This document shows, piece after piece, positions 13,401-23,034 of a stretch of 64,000 nt of DNA. Position 1 is the first letter of the stretch; each line of letters opens with the position of its first letter. The stretch is from positions 114,010 through 178,009 of the forward strand of contig JAANOX010000254.1 of NCBI GenBank assembly GCA_020184695.1, given 5' to 3'. Both the position numbers and the translations under genes were made by a program. This stretch comes from Histomonas meleagridis 2922-C6/04-290x (taxonomy: Eukaryota > Protista > Parabasalia). A model generated the notes under the pieces. The model was not told the DNA's origin. It saw only the letters and a program-made list of their open reading frames with translations, and searched no databases.

Positions 13401-14251
13401 ATACGTATTCATTTAATTCAAAGATACCATTAAAGTTTGGATATTTCCAATATGAAAAAGAAATTCCGACTTTAATTCTTTTGAACACTAAAAATCAAAT
13501 ACGAAAAATCTTATTAAAAAATGAACAAAACATAACGAAAATTAAAAACATTCCGAAATCGAATTCGAATATCTTTTGTCCACGTAAAGAAAAACTTTAT
13601 GTAGCAAATCAATATTCGAATTCCATTTATGAAATTTCTCATGCTATAAAAGAATATAAAATTAATGAAATCGGTAATAGCGATTGTTTAATGTTTCAAG
13701 GAAGTTATTTTGTGTCAATACAAAAACAAGGAAAAGTTAAATTATGGCATGACGAAGAATTCGAAAAAGTATTTTCTGAGTTTGTTATATTATATGATAC
13801 TATTTCTACATTAACTATCTCTTCGAATTATGGTGTAATGGTTTGTGGTACTAATGATTCTAACATAAGTATCTTTTCGGTGTATAAATGGCGATTTATT
13901 AATAAAGTTAATTTGAACTCAATTCCATTAAAGATTTTGATAACTAAAAGCGTCGGATTTATAATTGTTTATTGTTATAAGGAATTGATTCTGTTCACTA
14001 TTAATGGGTTCTTAATAAAAAGAGAAAAAATTGACTACGAAATCGACGTTTGGTGCACTTTCACAATTAATGGAATCGATTACGTTTGTTGCTCTGATGA
14101 CTCCGGAAGAATATTCATCTTCGAGGCGTTTTATATTGAGGCTATGAAGTGTCATCTCGTGACAAAAGAAAGATGTATAACGATCGCAAATAGAAAAGGA
14201 TTTATCGACGTAATAACATGTAAAGGTAATGTACATATTTTAGCTTTCTGA
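7418..14251 (+). CDS. Beige/BEACH protein (helical N-terminus, ConA-like, PH, BEACH, WD40)
   Basis: PH-like LLRNRHQ-type segment ILIRNRHQLPNSIEFYL. BEACH motifs ISNFYFLSLLNLLSGRSFNDKDNYPIIPW, PEFYSFPEMFLN and HKWINMFFG. C-terminal WD-like repeats. First ATG is at 7418. Confidence 0.9.
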   Translation: MPNDKTENHPLIMILQLFEKQDLLPLDDPEMKDIHPSNTFPKFRKREINSIASKIQTSERTDTALQDFIHRFSFNPYLLQNFNENEKIIPTLKAQLFVYENTLSFLSHPKDETFIDDIEVVLIALTKIITKSNKKLVDFLFLECVSGIVNYGLSFVSTNIIKLICQHFQNYHKTDPKIYPTLLMFLKYSYSKDTSIAPQILLLIQNVFDYTCDEELLVSLFSGRLLMFEPELYKTIAIISHTKLTANFFFLYESFFLLIKNEILLIKPKEVVLEKPTNLPFAKFSESTYTNSNVFQYNEKIIEYLIPETDLQISNLLHPQILDFLPVLILGIENAKIEYIDYFLNRFTKFLSEQFSLNIFLIYLYLHSKLQNVSISKQMFETIIRSIIFEPTITLFNCTLTKPMNLLRKSSINLICKNGSQFIQQLLSETLKFPFLFCEILMRLQKSIHLINDLSILYREQIYRILMIADGNMKVIYERIDKEYKSMVVSSRTKIFNFVFTLLQYQSFPISNFESPFFTNSFLSAFYEQQFKDAMFSQMKEILVNSTMFESNPAVDFIYTTIKLIYADKGDLFGSLLFCLNDAITMNPELATISKKVFLTSIELQLNTNNDNTYYYDNIFSGILRLGINIIINVPDFTLGTIGLINLNKIINRLELTEQLKSNLICFLAARSSLQYPVSFLIQRPEFLLLTISLFSTHDKIEECIDFIEELGNFSIYNLIQLQNGEVDLLLLEMIIHFPNSFNFHGFEFDNFKNKTVILKKVLPLFTMISTTQSSLVVADKLMKIICPYQKNSTLNEFNENGIENRSNYIFNELSSEVLTYLLPFFSNIEEKRRIFFSFALNQCYIDESITLPLEKLTHDVTIFFWLYIDRTLSQKINTKVTIFSVKDGSDFFFELYIQGNALFLTLRREYQYTSFLLCDDIPFDQFCLITFSYCLENAIMALFLQVNDFQPHTTRFNMEVFDSNNVKLCIGKENDLKFSRDELKSSYQLRSLALYLRSFTEEEISNIYHSDTQFEIPGNIAPILYLKNISNLTSLKLNLFELIKSQYPIWNFLPVFSFFDLCSLNYCELLIDSINHIFGHSFIDYFEILPFFLKQNNQSYFKYSLYTKFYTLTELAQTEEEIYIVFDNIVVNFDLWYKSPQFLRIIKHYKNIIFESYLSYALKSNFFIKLLSAFEKYLIDEEGTQYYRNIIRIFIDIIVNRIQKQFTKEEFTSILQYLYYCQTESLISNLIPLFPFFISICPFIEDHILIMFNSKYIQNSKYSYDLLPCFRNTTYLQQYLQILIHNEQENYDFTSFIEQYDKYPELISLNLKHAIKSDEIIQDKLSNILVEYADNKEILKIIPKDKFWMLWPILFAAQTNETNQIKVCYYIVQIYTENLDFSNDIDSTLKMVDTTMNIIDIFRFSELNIFFIKVFLDQYLLRFPTIDNNLLLRCFRAIFIRTKCTSDSLRNLMINSVYPYKEEPKISYNTIEGISTLINESQNLKHLFILQRKEFLTNYGYLTLRTIKKSISPNPNFNKFISKCVNYAKHPNNELLLDILNEDELNQFIKDLDTQTLTMSKEIIQYISINKIKKIIVNNLKEELIQQNHEKELIQKREWHHILLNYMNPCTFWNFTNYIWKSSFSISNLFSSFKLKRGIKFNIPKIPIRYQIPIDKLYHIECHRIKLPQRIKCHFIILPKSLTIVYSYRTQIISTDLVKHILIRNRHQLPNSIEFYLIDGRTLFLEFSSPNIVTEIIKYLSMLKFKHIGFFQKDSQYSKFFLKLQIVDSYLKGIISNFYFLSLLNLLSGRSFNDKDNYPIIPWLELEEKRDLNVPIGINKNKKNSITPSNSKIISFYFPRVFPYSLNKSSNDKLQSAFDFDKIIDLNAEASPEFYSFPEMFLNLINDEQIKDLNVSPKFKSVYEYVYLNRKNLESNNELHKWINMFFGINQHNNDFFFIDNNMFSEYLERNSTSEKAKEIEKLILQKGSIPPQIFYTPFPEKNLLGVIKPKLLNTYSFNSKIPLKFGYFQYEKEIPTLILLNTKNQIRKILLKNEQNITKIKNIPKSNSNIFCPRKEKLYVANQYSNSIYEISHAIKEYKINEIGNSDCLMFQGSYFVSIQKQGKVKLWHDEEFEKVFSEFVILYDTISTLTISSNYGVMVCGTNDSNISIFSVYKWRFINKVNLNSIPLKILITKSVGFIIVYCYKELILFTINGFLIKREKIDYEIDVWCTFTINGIDYVCCSDDSGRIFIFEAFYIEAMKCHLVTKERCITIANRKGFIDVITCKGNVHILAF

Positions 14252-14502
14252 TTTATTCTGAAGGCTCTTGTTTCACAAAAGTAATAAAAATTTCAAAATG
14301 AAAAATAAATTTTAAATATACAAAATCAATTGAAGATAAAAATATGAATTGAATGTTTTTCAAAATTGTTTAAATGAAATTTTAAATCACTTTTAATTAT
14401 TTAAAAAAAAAAAAGAAAATTTTTCTTTAGATCTAAAAAGAAAAAAAATATTTTTGAAATTGAATGGAAATTAATCGTTTTGAATCTGACCAACTAAGAA
14501 TG

Positions 14503-14507
14503 TCACT
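14503..14507 (+). promoter_or_regulatory. Trichomonad-type initiator (Inr, TCACT) of the proteasome gene
   Basis: TCACT just upstream of ATG 14517. The same motif lies just upstream of ATG 16340 (16332-16336) and ATG 37199 (minus strand, 37205-37209). Confidence 0.6.
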
Positions 14508-14516
14508 TTTTAAACC

Positions 14517-15191
14517 ATGATGGAAACACCAATTGAGAACAAACAAAAGCAATGGAATCCATATAATAATAATGGAGGTACTGCAATTGGTATAACTGGG
14601 ACTGACTTCGTAATGGTCGGTACTGATACTCGTCTCTCAGCAAACTATAATATTGATTGTCGCCATAAAAGTCGTGTTTTTCCAATGACAAAAAAGGCTA
14701 TGATAGTAGCAACTGGTTTTGATGCAGACATTGATGCTTTTGTAACAAGAATGAAAAACATTTTAGTCAATTATCAACAGGAACATTTCAAAGAATTATC
14801 AACCGAATCTCTTGCACATTCTGTTTCCAACGTCCTGTATTCAAAAAGATTCTTCCCTTATGAAGTTAATATCTTAGTTGCAGGAATTGGTCAAGATGGA
14901 CAAGGCCTTCTTTATGGCTATGATCCAATTGGTTGTATTGAGAGCCTTCATTATGATACAAATGGTACAGGATCTCCAATGGCTATTCCAATTCTTGATG
15001 CAGCATTTGGAACAATCCACCATAACACACAACCATTTAATCACCCGAATCTCGATACTGCACGAGATCTCATCAGAGACGTAATGGCATCAGTTGCCGA
15101 AAGAGATATATATACTGGCGATTTCCTTCAAATTGCAATTATGACAAAAGATGGATTTAAATTAGAAGAATACCCTCTCCCAGCACACTAA
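14517..15191 (+). CDS. PSMB1: 20S proteasome subunit beta type-1 (beta6/PRE7)
   Basis: WNPYNNNGGTAIGITGTDFVMVGTDTRLS, YSKRFFPY, YGYDPIG and AERDIYTGD. The stop TAA overlaps TAAA, the trichomonad poly(A) signal. Confidence 0.95.
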   Translation: MMETPIENKQKQWNPYNNNGGTAIGITGTDFVMVGTDTRLSANYNIDCRHKSRVFPMTKKAMIVATGFDADIDAFVTRMKNILVNYQQEHFKELSTESLAHSVSNVLYSKRFFPYEVNILVAGIGQDGQGLLYGYDPIGCIESLHYDTNGTGSPMAIPILDAAFGTIHHNTQPFNHPNLDTARDLIRDVMASVAERDIYTGDFLQIAIMTKDGFKLEEYPLPAH

Positions 15192-16339
15192 ATGAGATTA
15201 ATTACATTAATTTTAATCATTCGATTTTTTTACTTATTCTGATTCGACTTTCTTTTGAGCTCAAAATTTTTTCTCTAAAATTTGTGTGATATCTCTACTA
15301 AAAAAAGATTATGCAGATATAAAAATATTGATTCTTCCTAAGTGATAATTTTTTTTTACATACATGAATATTGCTCAAAATATTATAAATCATTTGCGTC
15401 AAATTAATTTTGCTATCTATGAGTGTTTATTTAATTCGAAATGCAGGATATTGTGAATGATCTAATTCGTAATCACATGTGATAATAATATTTGCAGTTA
15501 AAACTTTGCTTTCGTCAGACTCCAATTCTTTTTTTGCGCATTAAAATATTAAACGAAGTTTCTCATAAATTTAAATTGAACATGTTATCAATTTATGGAA
15601 AAATGAAGTGAACATTTGCCAAGTGAAATGAAAGCTGTAATTAGCTTGTTGTCTTGTGAACTAAATTTTTCATTTCTCGTTTAAAAACATTAGTTAGTTG
15701 AATTTGATTGTATTTATGGATAATAATGTATCACAATATTTATCCGAATCAAATAAAAAATTATATTGTATTCAATCGAAATTTTATTACTCATAAATAT
15801 AATTTTTTTTATCAATTTCTATAGAAATAAAACAACTTTATTTTCTTACTAATTAATTTGCTTTTTCACGATATAATTAGACATGAATGAGGTGTCAATC
15901 ATTGGCTTTTTAAATGACTATATTATTTAAAATGAAAGACATTTGATCGTATATAGCGGTTTTTTAAACCTTGATTTGTCTGTGAAGAACCATTTGAATT
16001 GGAACTCCTTGCCTCAAAAAGGATTGAAAGACGATCATGTTAGGAAAAGCTTTTTCAATTTCAACTTTTGTGAGGATTGTAACAAAATTGCAACTCATAA
16101 AAAGTCATCGCGGAACCGTTTTTTTGGAAAAAATACATATATCTTATTACACTTATGATCATATTTTATATTATATGTGATTAATAATATACTATTGAAT
16201 TTAAGATTAATTTTATAATTTATATTTTTATTTTATGTATTTTTTTTGAGGTTTTTTAATTTTTAGATAAGTGGTCTTTCGGTTCAAACAAAAAAATGAC
16301 TCACGCAAAAAGTTTTTCAGAAAACTTAACTTCACTTTC

Positions 16340-17089
16340 ATGAAGAAGTTTCTTGACAAAACAAAGAAATCCTTAACAGTAGGTATCGGAAAAATAGATG
16401 AAAAGGTTAGTGATAAAAAGCATGAAGAATCCCCCGAATTTACTAAGGCTATGGATCATCTCCATATTTTTGAAGAATCCATGAAAGGATTCCAAAAATC
16501 CGTTTCTTCACTTCGTGAAGCAGTTATGTCTTTCGGTGGTGTGCTTATCACTGCAGGTGATTCATATGCTGCTGCAATTAAGGACGGCGAAGATGGAAGA
16601 CAAAACGCTGTTGGAGCTCAGAAGGTTAGCAATGAAATTAAAGTTTACTACAACAATGCAAACAACTACTACATTCCTAACTTCATTACTTCTAAGCTTA
16701 ATGATACCATGAATCAAATCAAGGCTATCAAGCAACTCATTGAAAAGAGGAAGAAGAACCAAATCCTTCTTAACAAGGAGCAATCTGACCTCAAGGCAGC
16801 TCGTGAAAAGAATCAAAATGTTGAAAAGCATGAAGAATCAACCAAGGCACGTAAGAAGAAGTTTAAGAAGTACAACAAACAAGTCTTAGAAGAAGTTGAT
16901 AAGCTCTACTCAGCAAGAGCTTCAATTTACCAAGAATTATATTCTGCCCTTGTTTTCTACCAATCAGAATTAATGAGCCTTACATTGAAGGAAATCAACC
17001 AAAACGTTCCACAATTCTCCTTGGAAAGCAATAAGAGCAAGTATCAATCAGTCACTGTTAAACCACCAGAAGGAACAGTTCCTAAGTAA
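16340..17089 (+). CDS. Helical coiled-coil protein, BAR-domain-like
   Basis: 249 aa from ATG 16340, with Inr TCACT upstream. Codon usage resembles highly expressed genes. Long amphipathic helices with a basic patch (KRKKNQ, ARKKKFKK). Confidence 0.55.
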   Translation: MKKFLDKTKKSLTVGIGKIDEKVSDKKHEESPEFTKAMDHLHIFEESMKGFQKSVSSLREAVMSFGGVLITAGDSYAAAIKDGEDGRQNAVGAQKVSNEIKVYYNNANNYYIPNFITSKLNDTMNQIKAIKQLIEKRKKNQILLNKEQSDLKAAREKNQNVEKHEESTKARKKKFKKYNKQVLEEVDKLYSARASIYQELYSALVFYQSELMSLTLKEINQNVPQFSLESNKSKYQSVTVKPPEGTVPK

Positions 17090-17170
17090 AGGCATCATTT
17101 CATGAATAATGATTTTTCTTGAAGTTCACTGGATTTCTTTAAAATTTGTATTTGATTAATAATCAATTTC

Positions 17171-17569
17171 ATGAAAACTGTTTTACCATTTAACAACTTG
17201 AAGCCGTTCGGAGTAACAACTGATTCATTAAAAGAGCCTAAAAAATGTGTTCATTGCTTTGTTCGGGTGTTTTGCATATATTTAACGTTCTTTGTGCATT
17301 CAAATTTGTTGAACGATGATGATGATTTGAGTGCTAGAACCGAGCCAGTTCAGCATGAACTTTTGATGTTTCTTGTTGCAACAAGATTGTGGAAAGAAAA
17401 AATTTACCAATAATGTAAAATTTAATGGTGTTAAATGCATCACATGTGCAGTTATGTCTTTATCTTAAATGACGGTATGTGAAAGCTTTTGATTGGTATC
17501 GAAAATATTGATAACATCATTGATGACTTCAAACAAGCTTTGAAAAAAATTAATAAACAAAATAAATAA
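17171..17569 (+). pseudogene. Heavily deleted relic of a PLP-dependent Cys/Met metabolism enzyme (methionine gamma-lyase-like)
   Basis: Collinear fragments LKPFGVTTDS, EPVQHEL and DGM*KLLIGIENIDNIIDDFKQAL match family motifs (L.KFGI.VDF, SHPQHEL, DGMIRLSVGIED...LIADFKQAL). Contains stops and large gaps. Confidence 0.5.
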
Positions 17570-17729
17570 TGAAACAAAGTCTTTTTTATTTGATCATTAA
17601 ATCTTCCAAAATGTTCTTAGAGCGATTCATTCGATATCGAAATTAAATTTTCTTCTTCTTTGGAGTATTAATCAAACATTTGATATATAGCTCATATTTC
17701 GCAAAAGAATTTAATACACAGAAACCATA

Positions 17730-17930
17730 TGGTTTACATTGTTGAAAAAATAATTGATAAAGACTTAGATAATTCTGTATTGTATTCTTTATATAAAAAT
17801 CATGAAAAGTCATTAAGAGATAATTTAAAATTCAAAAACATAAATTGAAATTACATTAATAATTGATTAAAGAAGGAGTTAATCCGAATGAAATATCATA
17901 AATAATTCAAAATGATTAAGATATTTGTTA
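17730..17930 (+). pseudogene. Degraded DUF3447/ankyrin-family N-terminal remnant
   Basis: LIKEGVNPNEIS*IIQND at about 17863-17916 parallels LIEEGHNPNELKNVIRND at about 56440-56490 in this window. Confidence 0.4.
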
Positions 17931-18373
17931 GAATAAATATTATGCATCTGTGAAAGATTACATAGTTAAAATACCCAAAAATTAAACAACAAAAATAATT
18001 TCACTCACAATTCTTTTTTGTTTTGCAATATTTAACAATAAATGATATCAATAAACGCAAAAATAAATTTAATTAATATTATTATTTATCATATATTTTA
18101 TCACAAAAATATTGTTAATCTTTAATTTCATATCGGAGGGGATCAAAGAATGGATGTCATAATGCTTCTGATACTGTAATCCGTTCTTCATGATCCATTT
18201 TAAGTCGTTTAATTGAACCATTCGTATTAAAATGCAATAACCAGAAAATTGTAAAAACATAAACAATCAAATGTATACATTCATATTTTTATTACATTAG
18301 TAAAATATTTCCATTAGTTATATAAAATATACAACAAAACAATTCTTTAATCTATAACAAAAAACAACTTTTT

Positions 18374-19714
18374 TCATTCCTTATGTTCGCACATTTCTTT
18401 CAATTTCTTTAACTTTTCCAACTTTTTTCTTTTCTTTTCCAGCGCGTGATGCAAGTCTCTGTTTTCTTGGAAGTAACTTTCCGGTTTAATTGACAGTTGT
18501 ATGCATAGTCCGCCGTCTTCGCCAATATAGTCTCCGTTAATGATCTTACTTAACGCGGCCGCTTTGTTCCATCCCCACGAATCCATTTTGACAAAAGTTG
18601 ATGCGTATTGTCGAACTAATGGAGGAACATCATTTTTGCATCCAAATATCTCCATCTTATAATAATATGTACTTGGCTCAGTGTAGCCATCAAGTAACTC
18701 AACAAAAACAGATAGATGCGTATTGACACCATTTCCATTTCCATTCGGATATATCTTAGCGCGCCATAAATTACCACCAATTTTGATTTTGTCGCTATAG
18801 AAAAATCGAATCGATGTATCATCAAGTTGGCGAAATCGTTCAACTGTTTCAATAAAATTGGGAATGCAGATCTTGACAGATGAGTATTGTGGAAGGAGCT
18901 CATTGTCAATACTTGGAAAGCTGTGCGGTATTTCAAGCGTGGAAAGAAGCGTTTCGACTTTTTCTGCCGATTCAAGAGATGTGGAAATACTTGAAAAATC
19001 AACAAGCGAATCGTCGAGAAGATACAGCTGAAGACGTTGAAGAATACTATCGATTTCATTTTGGATTAGTTGGAGTTGCTTGATTTGATCATTGAGTGAT
19101 TTGTCATATTTGAAAAATGCATCATCTATGCGCTTCTCGAGAGTGGCAAATTGAGAGTACATGTCTATGGATATTTCGTCTTTAGATTTGGTAAGTATTC
19201 CGATGTTCTTTAATATTTCATAACAAACAGATTTGATGTCTTCGATCTTAGGGTTAAAAAGATGAAGCTTTTCTTTGATGGCTTTCTTGGTTTCAGTAAA
19301 TTTCTCTGTAATTGTGATGATTTGATGTGACTTATGTTTTGGTGTTTGTGAACGGAATTCTTCAAAAAGACAATCTCCGCATAGATATGAGTTACAGACC
19401 TTACAAAAGAATTCTTTGGGTTTGTTGTGCATTTGACATAATTCATTTGACGATGAACTTTCACGGAGAAGAAGTAAGATTTTTTTGAAATTATTAGCCC
19501 ACTTTATAGGAACTATTTGTGAACTTGTTATATCATGTCTACAGAATGGACATGTTGTGTGTTCTTCAATCCAAGGAAGAATACATTTTTTACAAACAAT
19601 TTGCCCACAACACGATAAAACATATGGATCTGTAATAACTTCTAGACATATAAAACATGTGAAACTTTCATTTAGTCGAGCTATTAATTCCTGAAAAGAA
19701 GAAAGATTTTCCAT
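18374..19714 (-). CDS. TRIM37-like E3 ligase (RING, B-box, coiled coil, MATH)
   Basis: RING CFIC..C..C..CPFC; B-box CQMH..FCKVC..CGDC..HKSH; MATH domain GNLWRAKIYPNGNG..HLSVFVEL..YYYKMEI..WGWNK. Confidence 0.85.
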   Translation of the reverse strand: MENLSSFQELIARLNESFTCFICLEVITDPYVLSCCGQIVCKKCILPWIEEHTTCPFCRHDITSSQIVPIKWANNFKKILLLLRESSSSNELCQMHNKPKEFFCKVCNSYLCGDCLFEEFRSQTPKHKSHQIITITEKFTETKKAIKEKLHLFNPKIEDIKSVCYEILKNIGILTKSKDEISIDMYSQFATLEKRIDDAFFKYDKSLNDQIKQLQLIQNEIDSILQRLQLYLLDDSLVDFSSISTSLESAEKVETLLSTLEIPHSFPSIDNELLPQYSSVKICIPNFIETVERFRQLDDTSIRFFYSDKIKIGGNLWRAKIYPNGNGNGVNTHLSVFVELLDGYTEPSTYYYKMEIFGCKNDVPPLVRQYASTFVKMDSWGWNKAAALSKIINGDYIGEDGGLCIQLSIKPESYFQENRDLHHALEKKRKKLEKLKKLKEMCEHKE

Positions 19715-20094
19715 TAAAAATTTTAAACGTTCATATTTATGGTGATCAAAATGGAAATATTGAATCCTCTTGATTGATAAATTATCATATAAATTAGCTT
19801 AAAAAACAATTTATGTTTAAAATTCTTAAATTAAAAAAATTGATCAATTTTAAAGTTTTTAAAAATTACATTTTTAAAAAAGATTTAAAACTTCAAACTT
19901 TGGTTATATGAAAAAAAGTAAGGCAATAAAAATGTTCAAAATTAGTTTAGTTTATACTAAGCTTAGTATAAATAATTTGGGCTTAATGCTTTTTTATCAC
20001 TTCGATCGAATTTTGGAATTGACAAACATTTTTCAATACTTTTGAGTTTTGTCGGCAGGTTTAGAAAATTAGCGGTTTCTCAGAAAAAGGTCAG

Positions 20095-21639
20095 ATGTTT
20101 CCCGCAAGAGAAATTATCCGAATCGAAGAAACCCCAGATACAGCGTTACTGAGGGATATTCCACCATCCGAAGCTATAAATGTTTTGCCAGGTATTAGAG
20201 TCATGGGTATAATTCGTCAAGCAGAATGTATTTCTTCTTATGCTATGGATATTTTCAAAGATGTTTTTGACAGTGCCGAAGAAATGTTTAATCGCGTAAA
20301 CACATTAAAAGCCCATGTTCAATCTCTTCAAAATACAATTGCATCTTCAATAACAACATACAAGAAAAAAGTAGATGAAACATGGCCATTCGAGCCATCA
20401 CTTTCCGGTAAAGAAGTAGCTGAAATTAGCCCGACTCAATTTTCCTTAAAATCAACGTGTATTGTTAATCAAATATATTCAAAAATCCAAATGCCGCCAG
20501 ATTTAACGCCATTTAATGAACTTGCAGCTGCTGGGCATGAAGGCACCAACCTTCCAAACTACAACAAGTTCTTCTCTAATCCAGAATTCTTCAAACAACA
20601 ATATATCCGTGAATTGTTCCAAGAATATCAAAAGGAAAGAGAAGCCAAAAAGAAAGTTCACCATGAGATGAAGCTTAAAGCCAAAGAAGAAAAAGAAAGG
20701 AACAAAGGTCTCAAAGGAAAGAAGAAAGATAATGCCAAAGCCACCGAAGCCTTTATGGCTGCGTCTTCAGGCCCATTATATACTCCAACGGCACTTCTTG
20801 TCCCACCGCCACCAGGCCAAGCCATTAATCGCGATATTCCATATTCCTTATTAATTAATAACAAAGGTAAACCAGTTCCTCCCCCAGCCCAACAACAGCC
20901 AGCGCCCCTACGACACCAAGAGCCCACGCCAGCCCCACCACAACCTTATCAACCACCATCACAATCAAATCCATCTCCATCTCCTCCACCACAACCTGTC
21001 CAAACCATCCCATCTCCGCCTCCGTCGCCTCCACGACCGCCAGCCCAAGCTCCACCGCCCCCGCCATCTCCGATCTCATCACCCGCTCCCCCGCCACAAC
21101 CAGTTTTCAGCCCCGAGCCCGAACCAGAAGTCATTCCAGACAATGCGCCTGCTGATGATGCTTCTCTTCCGCCTCCACCTCCACCTCCACCACCTCCTCC
21201 ACCACCTCCACCTCCACCGCCTCCATCCACAGCTTCTCCTACGCTTTCGCTTCAGTCAATTGTGTCTGCAAACGCGAAACTGCGCTCATCGCAGCCAATT
21301 CCGCCGCGCCCGCAGCCAGCGCAGCCGTCGCACTTGGACCTCATCAAGAGCGGACAGTTCCACTTGCGCAAAGTCGATCCGAACGCGCCTAAGCCACCGC
21401 CGCTTGTGAAGGAGCCGCTTTCGCACTTGGACCTCATCAAGAGCGGACAGTTCCACCTGCGTAAGGTCGACATGACGAAGCCGCTGCCGCCAAAGCCGAC
21501 GAAGAAGTTTGAGGACGTTGACCCCGACACGCTGACACTGGAAGAAATACTGCAGCACGCGGCGACAATTAGAGACGCAGTCGCATGCTCGAGCTCATCT
21601 GAGTCGACAGAATCAGAAACATCAACGACAACCTGGTAA
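20095..21639 (+). CDS. SCAR/WAVE family actin nucleation-promoting factor
   Basis: WHD-like GIIRQAECISSYAMDIFKDVF..RVNTL and KFFSNPEFF, then a basic region, polyproline, two WH2 motifs (HLDLIKSGQFHLRKV), a central helix and a terminal Trp. Confidence 0.9.
   Translation: MFPAREIIRIEETPDTALLRDIPPSEAINVLPGIRVMGIIRQAECISSYAMDIFKDVFDSAEEMFNRVNTLKAHVQSLQNTIASSITTYKKKVDETWPFEPSLSGKEVAEISPTQFSLKSTCIVNQIYSKIQMPPDLTPFNELAAAGHEGTNLPNYNKFFSNPEFFKQQYIRELFQEYQKEREAKKKVHHEMKLKAKEEKERNKGLKGKKKDNAKATEAFMAASSGPLYTPTALLVPPPPGQAINRDIPYSLLINNKGKPVPPPAQQQPAPLRHQEPTPAPPQPYQPPSQSNPSPSPPPQPVQTIPSPPPSPPRPPAQAPPPPPSPISSPAPPPQPVFSPEPEPEVIPDNAPADDASLPPPPPPPPPPPPPPPPPPPSTASPTLSLQSIVSANAKLRSSQPIPPRPQPAQPSHLDLIKSGQFHLRKVDPNAPKPPPLVKEPLSHLDLIKSGQFHLRKVDMTKPLPPKPTKKFEDVDPDTLTLEEILQHAATIRDAVACSSSSESTESETSTTTW
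21328..21470 (+). repeat. Near-identical ~50-bp duplication encoding tandem WH2 motifs
   Basis: tcgcacttggacctcatcaagagcggacagttccac is identical at 21328 and 21421 (93-bp period). Confidence 0.95.
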
Positions 21640-23034
21640 AGACATTTTATTTAACTGAATTTGATTTTTGTTCTTTTGCAAAGATTTACATTTCATACGT
21701 ATATTCAGTTTTCGCTGATCAAATCAAAAAAATTTACTGATCGCATTTGTTAAATGAAAGATTTGAAAAAGCTTTGGATGTAGAAAAGGGAGGTATAAAA
21801 GAGATGTTTTGTGCATAGAGGTGTAATCAATTTTTTGACTGCGATGGTTTTATCATGAGTTCATCTCAAACTTGAAGAGTAGGGAAAGAGTTCTAAAAGT
21901 GACATTTATTCGATACGTATCGTTTGGGACACCCTGCTCATTTTGTCGGTTTTAGCAAAATAAAAAATATGAAATATTCAGTTAAGGAAAGATACAAAAT
22001 CACCTTCGGCACAAGAACAAATCGATAAAGCTCGACAAGCAAAAATGGAACGAAGAAACGTACAAAAGCCGACAACAAATCACATCTTGAATCTAATCGT
22101 AAAGCTTTACCTTCTGACATGTCTAAATAATAATACGGTATATGTTTACTGTTTCTCATTCGTTAGAGTTTTTGTACTTGATAAAAGAAAATGGCTACTT
22201 TGAAAATAGGATGTTCCTTTTCGACTTCTAAAAGTCCTTGGCATTGCAGAGTACTGTCAATTTTCCTTTTTGACAATTTAAATTAACATCAAGTATTTAG
22301 CGATTTAAATTTATTGATGAAACATTAAAAACTTTTTAAGCCCTTTCTAAATTATTCCAGCTGGAAAAATTCCTATTAGCATAACATTTAATAATATGCA
22401 AATGGAATTTGAGTTTTAGATAAAACTGAATCAGGAATCGAACTCATAATATCAAAAATTACCAACATAAAGAAAAAGAAGATGAAATTATTTACATCTT
22501 AATGAACTAAAAAATCAAAGTCAAAACAAACATAGAAATATAGAAAAGTAAACAAATCATACAAATCTTCAAGAAAAAAAAAAAAGAATTTATATCGAAA
22601 AAAATAAAAAATACGGAAATCTCTCAGATGCAGTATACAGATGAATGAATTTATAGATATCTATATTAGATCTAATGGTTAAACATGTATGAAAAATATT
22701 TTGTTTAAACAATGGTTTTAAAACCATTACAATATTAGTAAACTTGCATTTACAATTTTATTTAAATTCTTATATATTTTGTATTTCTTTTAAAAGTAAA
22801 GTGCCCAGTTAAGAACAAATAAATATCTAACATAACATATTTGATAATTCCCACTACATAAATGAAAATCTCGAAAATCACATATCTAATTAGAAAATTT
22901 GTGTTTTTTATATTTATTCTTTTCGTTTTTCATAGATTTAAACTCCACAAAATTATTTAAAATACAGAACAACAAAAAAAAAATATATTTACAATTTCAG
23001 CTCAAAAAATTCATTTGTTTTTTGGAAAAAATGT

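Noticed and set aside
20658-21558. Gly-rich and other overlapping ORFs across the WAVE gene
   Set aside because: They are antisense or alternate-frame shadows of the polyproline and GC-rich codons.
21938-22159. 73-aa hydrophobic ORF
   Set aside because: No recognisable family. It may be a remnant, but this is unsupported.
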